DNA of 58,625 nucleotides, the filler included, from Bipalium vagum (taxonomy: Eukaryota): the NCBI GenBank assembly GCA_037834085.1. It is 3 parts of 3 records of this genome, joined end to end, with 100 filler letters (N's around TTAATTAATTAA, not from the genome) between each part and the next. Parts side by side here need not be neighbours in the genome. Positions count along the whole stretch, not along the records: positions 37,051 to 58,625 come from JBBMKC010235154.1; 2 more parts are not named here. One strand, 5' to 3'. Within the stretch, counting starts at the first letter, position 1. Every line of letters starts with the position of its first letter. The notes under the pieces were generated by a model. The model searched no databases, was not told the DNA's origin, and was given only the letters and a program-made list of their open reading frames with translations. A program made the position numbers and the translations under genes. Positions 41,960-54,106 of the stretch are shown here, one piece after another.

Positions 41960-42609
41960 CAAGTGGAATTCAGTGGGAAGACAATCGATAAATTATATAA
42001 AAGTTTTCCAAGGACATATAACCAATATTAAATTTATATTGAATAATTATAAATATTTAAACAACTTAATTAATTCCAAATATTATTATTATAATTATAA
42101 TACTCTAATTATTATCTAAAATTGCCAAAAACACTATTTTTTTCCTGAACATAAATATAAATAAATATGATCTAAAGAAATTATAATTTTATTTTTAATA
42201 TATTACTCTAAAACTTGAAATATTTGCCAACCCTTTAATAATACCCCACCACGTGGAAAATATTGATTTTTAGCGGCGAAAAGATTAATGCCCCATTGGC
42301 AATTATTTCAAATGGCGTCTTACAGTATCCAAAAATTATTCTGAATTTGACTGAGTAGCAGGACCTTTCCAAACATAGCCATCACTCAGGATTTTCAGCA
42401 TGTCCATAACATTTCAAAATTTCAATAATTAATTATTATTATTATTAAATTATATTAATTAATATATTGCAAATTATTATTATTATTAAATTATTATATT
42501 ATAAATAATTTATATTTATTTATCTATATTTCTATATTTATTTTTATAATAAGTCACAGGTTCTTTTCTTCTATTTATATTTTTCTATTTTTAGATATGC
42601 CTGTTCCAT

Positions 42610-44000
42610 GTGAAACTGATCATGATAAATTCATATTTTAAATAACAATTTGAGATTCTTGTCCCATGTTTATTCTCGAAATATAATTAATAATAAGTGT
42701 CAGAATAGATTATAATCATTACAAAACTCCTAAGACAAGTTTTGCTTCATTTATCAAAATCAACATTAAATTTTAAAGTCTCATTTATTTCGAATCAGTC
42801 TTCTCCGAAAGGAGAATTCTTCGTATCCAATTTAAAACTAAAATATAAAATAATAAAATTAAAAATAATTCCTATTGGCGTTCGATTATGAAAGTCAGTC
42901 AAAAGGTTTCAGAAAATGGGCATGAGAAAAGTTATTGAGAAAAATTTATTAATTATTGCACAATTCATTTATTAAAATAATCATTTCAGTTTTAAAGGAC
43001 ACAAAAGACGATTAAAATTAATCTGATTGGATGAGACAACTACAAATGGCAGCCAATAAACAAGTAATCCAACGTATTATAAAATTTATAAAATAAGAAC
43101 ATAAATAATTTAACACCATGTAACAATAATATTAATAAACGCTTTTTCTAAATCACAACTGTGAAATTTCTTCAAACAAAGCACAATAAATTGGTGTAAT
43201 TGAATATTATTTAAAATCAATAAATTTAATGAAAATTATCAATTAACTATAACGAAAAGATAACAATTATATCAGGAAAGCATTCATAACATTGTTAACA
43301 TAAAAGAAGAACAATTACAAAAAGGTAATTTTAATATTTTCCAGCCAGGCTACATCTGTTTTGTATTATCAAGTTGTATTTTAACAAGTGTAATGATCAC
43401 TTGAAAATTTTGAAAAAATTGTTATCTTTGTTGAAATCAATATTTAAAGCCGAGAAAAGGTCTACCAACATTCTCATTAACAAAAGTTACAAAAATTTAT
43501 TACAAATTTTAAACATTTATGACCTTGAAAATTCTAATTAGTTCACTTAAACAAAACAGCGTCAAATCTTAGTTATCTTTAACAATGTTAATATGAAAAA
43601 TACAATATCGATCATCGAAAAATTCTTGGTAATAATTAAATAATCAATATTTTCAAAAGTGACACATTTTTTCATTATTGAAACAAAATAAGGTCATGGA
43701 AAGGTTATTATATTTTCATTAGGAATTACTTTAAAATAAAATTTGAATTTTAGTACAAAAAATTCGAATAAACTTTCCCTACAATTCGAGAATTATTTCT
43801 TCAATGATTGAAGCGTAAGATTTCGTTGTATTTAACGGACATTGGAAGGAAGAACCTGTCACATAAAGGATGGACAAATGAAACTCAGAACACTTAGATC
43901 TAAAGATGTACCAGTTGGCAAAAAACGTAGCAGAGGACGACCAAAATTAGAAACGCGTGCTTTTTTGATGGATTGATCCGATAGTAAATTTTCTATTAAT
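42610..44000 (+). mobile_element. Mutator-like (MULE) transposase relic, copy 1
   Basis: C-terminal VPVGKKRSRGRPKLETRAFLMD* resembles the PLGQKRKRGRP tail of SWIM-type MULEs; IIPIGV..SEN-like region. 42610-43035 and 43700-43900 are clearly homologous to the reverse complement of 55630-56845. Confidence 0.55.
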
Positions 44001-44453
44001 AAATTTTTACTTTTCATGTTTTTTTAAAATTTAAAGAAAACATAATGACAAAAAAGCAATTTTTACTTACAAAAATCAAAAAAATACTTAAAAAAACCTT
44101 TTTTAACTAACAAAAAAACTATTTAATACTATAAAATAATAAAAATAATACTATTTATTATTATAAAATTTAATATATTATTTATTGATTGGTAAAAAAT
44201 GTGCTCTATCGATTGTAAAGTGACATTAAATGTGAGAATGGTTTGTTTAAACGGTTTTAAATATTGACAACTGTCAACACTATAATTTAAAATTGAAACT
44301 TAAAACTGAAACGGAAACATTTTCCTCTGTGACATTAATCAAGTAAACATTATTGGTTGATTATTTTGACAATGTTTTCTGTGGGAAAATTGGTTTGAGA
44401 GAATTAATTCCAGATAAAACTTGACAAATCGATTTCATTCTCAGTTCGGATCG

Positions 44454-47400
44454 ATGGCGAAACAGTAATCAGTTTTTCCTTTACATTTTGTGCTTATTTT
44501 GTGCTTATTTTGTGCAAAGGCAATTCAGAGCTTTTAAGAAATGTTTGTGGGAAGGCGACTTCGTTGGAGTGGAAAAGCATTTGGAGGATTCGTTCATAGA
44601 TAGAATTGTTGACGAATTAGAGGTTAAGTAAAATGATTACTATTATTATCTGAATATGATTGACAAATTCACCGTTACTCTCTTTCTGAAAGGGTTCTAG
44701 TGGCGTTTAGAGATATTTAGAATGCTCTAAAGATATTAAAATCGATGTTTCCATTGATAAGGATGAACCTCCTTCTCCCGAATTGTTGAAATGTCCTTCG
44801 ATATTGGTCGTCCTCGGACAAAATACATCAATTAGAAATTTGTTTCCACTGGCCATGTCAATGATTGTTACTGAAGTCTCTTCTCAGAGTCAGTTCTCTT
44901 TTCAAGTCTCTCCTTTTTTGTATAAGGAAGACGGACGAAAATTTTGAGTGATTGTGAGAAAGGTGTTAGCCAGTGTCTCAGATCTTTGAGCAGGTAAACC
45001 CTCCGGTTTTTGATCATTATGATGTGCATTGAAGTCTTTAGAGAAAGGATGATCGTATTTCCACGTTCAACGAACTGTCCCTTATTCTATCATTATCATT
45101 TAAAAGTGTTATTATAGTGTTACGATATAATTATTATTGTCAATTTCTTTCTCTCTTTTTTCTTTGAAACCGGAACGGTTGAATTATAACAGGATTTTCA
45201 ATTTTTAGTCACATTGGCGAAGAATGAAACAATTTTTATTTTAGGGACAGAGACCGATTCATGTGGCTTGTCTGAGAGGTCACTTTGAAATAGCAAAATT
45301 ATTGATCGAGCAAAAATGCGACATCGAAAAGAAAGATAGAAATGTAAATAATTATATTATTGATTTAAAATTTTTATCAATATTATTATTATGATTATAA
45401 TTTTTATTATAATTTTAATTATTATTATTATTATTTCATTTAACTATTATATTATTTCTATGAGTAAAAATATTGAAAATATAAAAATAATTATCTTAAT
45501 TATATTATTATTATGGTATTATAGATTTTACTTTCATATTGTTACCATATAATTATTTTTATTTGTGGTAATTTTTATTATCATGATCTTTTTGTCTTTT
45601 TTATCTTTGAAACCAAAACGGTTCAATTATAAAAGGATTTTTCTTTTTTATTCAAATTTGCGAAATAATGAAACAATTTTTTATATTTTAGGGATGTAGA
45701 CCGATTCATGTGGCTTGTCGGAATGGTCACTTAAAAATAGCGAAATTATTGATCGATCTAAAATGCGACGTCGCTGTGAGGACCAAAGTGAGTCGAATAA
45801 ATTCTAAGCAGAAAAATTCTTTGTCTTCCCCAAAAAATATCGATTGTCTCAATTTCTGCCCATCCATACATTGACCATTTCTCTATTATTTTTCGCAGGA
45901 CGGAGAAACTCCGACGGACTTGGCAGAAAAAGGTGGTCACACTAAAATCGCCAAACTGATTCAAAATATCGTCGAAGTAATAATATTATTATTTTATTAT
46001 TATTTTGATATTATTTATTGTAATTGACCAAAAATAAAAATCATTTGATAAATCAAAAAACCCATTCGATTGGTTTTCTGATTCTGTTCCACAGGACATT
46101 CGTTACCTTAAAGAGGTGATGGCAAATGGTAGTGAAGACTCAGCACACGTTCATTTCTGCCAAGAGGTGATTTCATTTTCTCATTGATGTTCATGAGATC
46201 CCCTGTTCAGATCCTGCTCTACAAATCCATCAGAGACCATCACCAAGACGGATTCCAGCTGTCATGTCGTGCCGACGTCGTCAATGGAAACCTTGAAATT
46301 GTAAACATTCTCAACAATATATTTGTTCATTGATTTCCGCTTAGATTCAGTGCTCCTTCTTGGAACTGGCTGCGGAGCACGGGAGTTCTCTTTTCGTCGA
46401 AGAAATCTTGAAGAAGACCGTCTTTGACAGAGAGGTGAGGGAGGCTGATGGAATGAAATGTTTTCTTTATTTTGATGAGGTCTTTTTCATATTTTAGACA
46501 TGGGACAGAGCCAAAGTGATCGCAAGAGAGAAAGACCACGATCAAATATTTGAGACAATATTGAGAAGAGAATTGTTGTTAGGACTAAGAGAAAAAGTAC
46601 ATTTGATGCTATATTTTCTTTATTATCGATCTCAACAATTTCATTGAAGGCAAAGTTATCGATTTTGCACACTGCTGTCATCGAAAATGATTCTGACATG
46701 GTTGACTTCATTCTGAGAAAAGGTGACGTCGATCCCAACTACAATCATGAAGTGACAGAAATATTTTTAGCGCCGTTCATTTTAATTGGTCATATTTTTT
46801 TTCAGAATTATGGAACTGCTCTGGCAATGGCCATTGGCTTGTGCAATGAAGAATGTCTAAGAGTGTTTGAGAAGTCGTCTATTGATTGCAACACCCGAAA
46901 CAAGGTTTATCAGTTATACATTTGAAACGGTTATCTGTGTGCTGTTCAGTTCTTGCAAGGTCCTCTCCATGATGCCATTTTAAATGGAATGATTGATCAA
47001 TGTCGATTTGTGATCGATCGTATTGAAAATGTGGACGAAAGAGGATTTGTGAGTTCTTTTTCAAACAGTGTCATGTGATTCTATTCCTCTAAGATGGGTC
47101 AAACCGCTCTGCATTGTGCTGTGATGAAAGGGTGCGAGGATCTTTGTGAGGAGTTGATGAAGAGAGGAGCAGATTGCAGAAGATCCATGGGGGTAAGAAA
47201 TGGAATAGTTTTCCTTTTCTGTTTTATATTCAAATTTAATTATTATCATTATAGTTATTATTAATTTAATTAATAGAGAATATTATTAAAGCTTTTTTCA
47301 TTTTCAGTTCTTTCAGAATGCTCCGGAAAACGAAAGTACGTTTCATACTCTCTTAATTTCATAATTTTTTCTGTTCTTTGAAATGATTCTGATCTTTTAC

Positions 47401-49081
47401 TTTTGAAGTGTTCCGTCCAAAGTATTTAAGCATTACTTAGAATTCTTTCCAATGTTCAGAGTCGTTGAATAAATAAATTCATTTCAACTTTTGTTTCTCA
47501 CAGATCCATTTCCACTGACATCTAAGGAGAACTGTTTCACGTTATGTATGAAAAAGAACAGGACGATCTATCCCTGTTTCATTAATCGATTGGATGAAAC
47601 CATTTCCAATAGTCGCGACGATCAAGGGAACTCCTTGCTCCATTTCGCGGCGAAACTTTTAAATAAAGAACTCTGTACCACTCTGATAAAAGGCGGAGGA
47701 ATAGTGGATGCCGAGAACAACCAAGGAAGAACTCCGCTGTACGAGTTTCTGTCCACTTTGGATCGTCAAACATTTATCGAAGTTTTTAATAATTATTTCT
47801 GTTTCGGTCAAAAGTCATTTTATTCGGCTTAGAATGAGGAAAGGGTCATTGAGGTCGTGGAAGTATTTGTCCAATCAGGATGCGATCTGAGAAGACGTTT
47901 GCAGGGGAATGTGTCTCTTTTTCAAATGGCTGTGAGCTTGAACTCTGAAAGGTTTATCGATGTTTTATTTGGTTCTAATATTATTGAGAATTTGTTATTG
48001 AGTATTGATTACAAATATGTTCAGATTATTGCTAGCTCTTCTGTCGGCCAACGGAGATCGGTCGCTGGAGATTGATGAAGAAATGTTGAGAATTGCTGTA
48101 GAGAACGAATTCTTCACTTTCTGTCAGTCTTTTTTGAATAATTATCCCGAAGATCAGTTAAAGTTGAATATCTCTCCGGATACTATTGAAATCGTTCTTC
48201 GACATGGCTGCGCAGACTTATTAAAGTCTTTCATACTAAAAGCCAATGACAGAGTTCAGCAAATAGTTTTAGAATCATCCTTATATCGTTTATCAAAATT
48301 GAATGCTCAGGAATCTTTTGACAGTTTACTCAATATTGAAGTGAAGTATCCGTTGTGTCTTCCAAACGGTGAAACACTTTTGACAAGGCTGATGAAAGAA
48401 AACGAAGTTTATTTTTATAGAAAGCTCATGGAAGCAGAGAAGAGTAAAAGTAAATATATCAATATGAGAAATGAGACGAAACAAACGCCTTTACAAGTGG
48501 CTATTGACTTAGAGTCGATGGAGCTCGTGCAAGACCTCATATTTGAAACCCATCAATTGGACAATGAAGACGACAAAGGCTGTACTGCTTTGAGCCAACT
48601 TTTGGAGAAAATATCGCAGTACGATGATGTAATTCTTTTGGTGAATGGAAATATTTTCTTACTTTTTATTTAGAAGCAGCGACACTTTGGATTTCTTAAT
48701 GCAGTTAAAACAATAATAATGAGAGGAGGCAATATTTACCACGAAAATTCGAAAGGAAAGCAAACAATTTGTTTTTGTTCTAAAAACGAAATAAAGGGTG
48801 AAATAGAAAAATTTTTCCAAAAGAATGCTCCGAAAGAAAAGACTTTTGAAAAGCAAGATATTGTAGAGAAGGAAAAGATTGTTGTGATGGAAAAGATTGT
48901 AGAGAGGGAAAGGATTGTCATAGTTAATGAGAATCAAATTTGTGGAATATGTTTGGATAAAGAGATTTGTTTGGCTTTGGACTGTGGCCACACAATTTGT
49001 GACATTTGCAACGAGGGAATTGTACTGTGTCCATACTGCAGACTAGAATCAGGTCGACCAAGGAGGATCTTCCTCAACTGA
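44454..49081 (+). CDS. ankyrin-repeat protein with C-terminal C3HC4 RING finger (putative E3 ubiquitin ligase)
   Basis: Exons 44454-44464, 44520-44622, 45245-45343, 45692-45787, 45899-45976, 46095-46166, 46211-46300, 46345-46434, 46498-46596, 46650-46751, 46806-46904, 46950-47048, 47094-47192, less certain exons at 47.3-48.0 kb, about 48025-48628, and 48674-49081 (TGA). Ankyrin motifs GQRPIHVAC, GQTALHCAV, GNSLLHFAA, GRTPL, QTPLQVAI. RING: CGICLDKEICLALDCGHTICDICNEGIVLCPYCR. Confidence 0.88.
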
Positions 49082-49659
49082 TATCACAATTATTTTATTT
49101 AATGTATTTATTCAACGATCCTTTTTTTCAATTGATTCAATTGAAATCATTATTTATATATACTTTATTGATTATTAGTATCATAATATACAAACTCCAC
49201 TTTTTCCCAGCGTAATTAATACAATTTATTGTCCATTGATTTATTATTATTATTATTAATTTATTTTATAATTATTATTTTTATTCTCTGCTTTTTCTTT
49301 CTCTCATCAATTGCTCAATATTGTTATCTTCTCGAGGACTTCGTTTATTTCGACGGATGGAACATTGATTTCAGAGAAGTACTTCAACAATTTTGGAAGA
49401 ATAGAAAATTGTATCAGTGAATGGATCAATTTTGAATACGAAAATGAATAATGGTATTGATAGTGGTGATCAATAATGATGAGGAATGATATTGATGGAT
49501 AATGAGTTGCGAATTATCAATTATTTCGGAAATAAGTACATTAGTTCTACTTTTGGGCTACAGTTGATCCTCTATTTTGAACCATGCCAAAATTATATTA
49601 CTATTAATATTAATATTAAAGTATTCGTGGTGTCAATCCTTTCCTTATGATGTGATTAT

Positions 49660-50560
49660 TATTATTTATTGATGAAGAGGCCTTGAAACATGAACCTTAG
49701 AACGAGTTTGATAATTCCTCCGTGTAAGCAAAGGGTTTTCGTTTTTGCTTTCTTCAGTTGTTAGGGTTACTTTCTGCTACCATTCCATATTGTTTCGATT
49801 ATACAAGGTTCCATTGTTTAGGATTGTGTGGCTCTTGGAGATCTTCAGATGAAGGGTATACCTGGGATAATTTTTCTGCAAAAGACTCTGTGCATGGAAG
49901 GGTGTTTTATCGGATCATATTTTGTTTTCAACCCATGTTTTATTTAACCCATTTATTGTTTTCATGTCACAATTAACCACATTCATTTTATTGGGATTTT
50001 TCTATAGAAGATGTTTCCTCCAAGTCCATCCGACCAGGTAAGACTCCAGTACCGTTCTATATATATATTCCCCTCAAACACTTTTCCCTGCTTTCTGAAA
50101 ACAACAAGGTAATAAATTATTACAAAACTTTATCATACCGATGACGCCTAACAGTCAATATTTTCTTTAAAGTGATTTGATGATTACTTTCTGGTCGTGG
50201 TTTATCTTTGTAAACGGTTACATATGTTGTTTTCGTTAAAATTCTTTTGCTCTTCATTTGAGAGAAGGAAAGCTTATAGAGGGTTTTCTTTTTGTTTATA
50301 TTTTGTTGCCTTACACCTTTAGGTGATCGAGGTATATAGCGTCCAAGTTGGAAGGTCTTTAGTTCTTAAAAGTTTTGAATCTGACAGAGATGGTAAGGGT
50401 TTTCCTTCGTTCGACACTATGATCGCGTCAATTGGCTGTCAACACCAGGTCATACATCTGAAGTCTGGTTTCTTCCTTTATGATAATCTGTAATTCGGGG
50501 GTCCATAGTTGTACGATAATGTTTTTTTTCTTTGAGATTTTCGTTTGTTTCATTCAGATT
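49660..50560 (-). mobile_element. possible highly degenerate Penelope-like retroelement
   Basis: Minus strand PELQIIIKEETRLQMYDLVLT..SVERRKT loosely resembles the PLE RT motif PxIxFTxExExxxLPFLDVxV..VYRKPT, and YIYRT..YLVGWT loosely resembles GIY-YIG. Weak. Confidence 0.25.
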
Positions 50561-50579
50561 TGGGATTTTTTTTGAGTAT

Positions 50580-50778
50580 TTTTTCTCTTCAAACGACGAT
50601 GATATTTATAAACTTATTTCTTATTGGAAGTGTTATTGATTATGATGCAGTTTATTTTAATGAATAACATTTAAAATATTATTTATTCGTTTATTATATT
50701 TGTTCATTTATTAGTCTTCATTTGAATTTTAATATAGTTATGCAAAAACCGACACGAACTTTCTTGGTAAGCTGTTAA
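50580..50778 (+). mobile_element. mariner 3' end with TIR
   Basis: IYKLISYW..VIDYD..YFNE* tail followed by AAAACCGACACGAACTTTCTTGGTAAGCTG. Confidence 0.6.
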
Positions 50779-50779
50779 T

Positions 50780-51838
50780 TGCACAGTTTGTGTGGTTCTT
50801 TCTGTGAGATTTCTTTCTTCACAATGACAAAAATGTAGTTTAATATACCTCTCATCGTTCATTCTTTTTAATAATTTTAAGTCACTTTCCAGATTTAATG
50901 ATAAAGAAGTTCAAACTCAGATTCCCGTAGTTTTTTCACACTAATTTGTGCATTGTGTGGTTTAGCGTTGTCTAGCATTAAGATAGGAATCGATTTGGGC
51001 TGTTATTTTAAAAGTTTTTTCATTATATCGCCCAATTGTTTGCAGTATACTTCTGCCGTAATCGATGATCTAGGTTTCATGAAATGAAAAATGATAATTC
51101 CTGCGCTAGACAACCAAAAACTCACTATCAGCTTCTACTGGTGAATTTTTGGCTTTGATGTGTGTTTTGGTTCTTCATTCTTGACCAGCCATTGTACTGA
51201 ACGTTTGTGATTGTCATATTTGATTCATTTTTCAGATTTATGACGAGAAAATAATACCAAACAAGCTTCCAAACGCTTTAATTTCTGCTGTTCATTGAGT
51301 TCATGCGAAGCCCATTTATCCAACTTTTTCACTTTATCTATTTGAGATAAATGACATAATAAAGTTTTCTTACTGATACCAAACTTCAAGGATAATTCAT
51401 GGGCACTTTGATATGGACCAGACTAAAAGGTGATCTTTACATGGTCATTACACCTTCGCTTCTGGACTACCGCATGGTTCATTTGTGAGGTCAAATTGTT
51501 CTTTTCGAAATTTAGCAAACCAAATTCCACCGTCTGATGTGTAGTCACACTGCAGCCAAATACTCAATTAATATTTTGCGCGTCTGTGATGCTGTAGTTT
51601 CTCGTAAGAATTCATATTTTATGATAATTCAAATTTCTGCTTCTTCCAATTTCAAATAATTTCATTAAAAGAAATATTTGTTATTATCAGTTAAAGATTA
51701 TATTGATTTGTTTAACAGGGGAAAAATTAAACTTTCTAATAAAAAGACTGAATGATAAAATATGAAATCATTGTTAAATAATCAGCTGTTATAATTGACA
51801 ATGTTTAACATAAAATTTTCATGTGACGACCCAGTATA
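50780..51838 (-). mobile_element. degenerate mariner
   Basis: IIIKYEFLRETTAS, WFAKFRKEQFDLTNEP, KKLDKWASHELNEQQKLKRLEAC, YDNHKRSVQW, LMLDNAKPH. TIR-like TATACTGGGTCGTCACATG at about 51820-51838. Confidence 0.88.
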
Positions 51839-54106
51839 AAAAATTAAATTAAATAAATATTAAAATTAAATTTACACTTAATGAAAAATTTAAATAAGAC
51901 AGTATAACAATTTTAAAATTAGAAAATCAGTTTAAATACTCTCAAGATAATTCTGGAATAAACAATTTTAGATCAATTAATTTAAATTTAGGATCTCATT
52001 TTTCCGATATAATATTTTTAAAAAAATTCATTCTTTAAATAAAATTTAACTTGTTGCATATTATAAATAATTATATTATAGAATTGAAAGTATTCATACA
52101 TTAACCTTAAAGGAAACTTACCTCGAAATGTATTATTTGAATATAATGGCTTTCTTTTTAAAAATCTTTATGCTTATCTTTTCTTACTTAATGAGGTACG
52201 CACCAAAAATATTTTCTGTACCATGAAAACTAAATAAATAATCAATGTCTTCTTTATCAATTAAATGAGTTAATATATCTGAAGAAATTTGATTTTTATC
52301 TCGTTTTCAAATTAAACGATAGATTTATTTCAAATACTTCTTTAAGGTAAATCAAAAAATTGTTGAGATATATATATAATTAGTCATTTATTATGTCTCC
52401 TGCCACTGAAATACATTTCCATAATAAGTTAAGTTTTTTCATTTATTACACCAACAAAAATTATCATTTCTTTTTAGTTATTTCTTATTGATTTCATGGT
52501 TCTTCATTTACTCTTTTTGTAATGAGTACTCAATTTTTAAAGTTTTAAATTTAACTGATTTGTAAGTACTTGGTACGATGTTTAATGCGAGATTTATTTT
52601 CGAAAAGACAAACTGCTAACTCTATATAACTAGGTCAGATTTTGGCTCACCAATTCCTTCAAAGGTAGTATAAAAAATCAGTGTTCTAAGTTACGAACTA
52701 AAATAATGCAATTTGTTTTAGAAACCTATGTTTTATAAAGCAAATACAAATCTCTCATCTCAGCAATATTAATTAATTAAAGTCTTATTTGTTTTATGAT
52801 AACCGAAAAAGTCATGATGTCAAAAATACGTTTTCTGTCGCCTAGAGCGAAGCAGAATCGATTAGTAAAGAGAACAGAAATGGAAAGTAGAAAAAACGAG
52901 TAATAAAAAGAACGTATTGCAGAGTATTTGCTCTGAATCTGTTGAGTATTAATTATTTATTTATTTCGCACGACTCAAATAGATCGATTAATTTTAAAAT
53001 AACAAATGCGTATTTTGTTTACCTTTTATACCGGCTTTAATTTGTCAAAGAGAAATTAAGTGCGAATTGAATTCGAAAAACAAGAGCTTTTATACTTCTG
53101 ATTTTCACATTCCTGATCTCTTGATTGGTTTAAAATAAAACTTTCCATTAATAGGGTAATATGTGGGCTGTTGTTTTTGAGTTGATGAATAAGGCATGAA
53201 TTATTTTTATGAAAATTAAAATACAAAGTTCCAACGCTTAAATAATTATTTATCCAAAAAAGTGTAAGCCATTCCGGTGAATATCTGATTTTCATCAGTT
53301 ATGACAAAGGCATCCGCTATCGGAAGCACGCAAACAATCTGTGAAACGTAACAGAGTTTTTAGCTGACTCACCATATATTCCATATGTCGACCCTTTTCG
53401 AATAAAATAAGTAAAAGGTCTGAAATATTATCTCAACAACGCGCGATCTATAATACTAAGAATAATAACGATTACTTTATTTTATTATTACGGTGAGTCA
53501 TAAGTGATGTAATATTTTTGTTTAACTATTTCAAAATAATGTATTAAATAGATAAAAACATTTGAATTAATTGATTAAATAATCATATTGTTGATAAATT
53601 AATATTCTATCACAACGAAAATGAATTTAATAATAAATGAATTAATAAATGCAGTTTAATAATTTATTTTAGTTATAACAAGTATGGAAAAAATTAAAAT
53701 TCGGGCTACTATGGCATAATATTGCAGATCATATGTTCCTCATTGGCTTTTTTCAAATCTCACTAATTAATTAAAAAATTGATAAATATAAACAAATTGC
53801 AAAATTTATTTTATATTTTATTAATGATTTTAAGTTGAACAATATTCCTTTAAAAAGTCAACATGAAAATCATTAGTAACGGTGCCTCTCAAGTGAACAT
53901 TCTCAACAATTTTCCCTCCCTTATCTTTTGCTATTCCCTTGACACAGAAAGCGAGAATACCTTTCATAAAATGGTTAACCAATCAACGGCGTTGTGCACG
54001 GCACATCTTCACTTTGATTTGGTCATTTGTTTACCTTATACTTGTAACTGGTTTCCTTTAGAGAATTGTTACTCCATTATTAATTCGCTTTGAGATTTCA
54101 TTAAAA

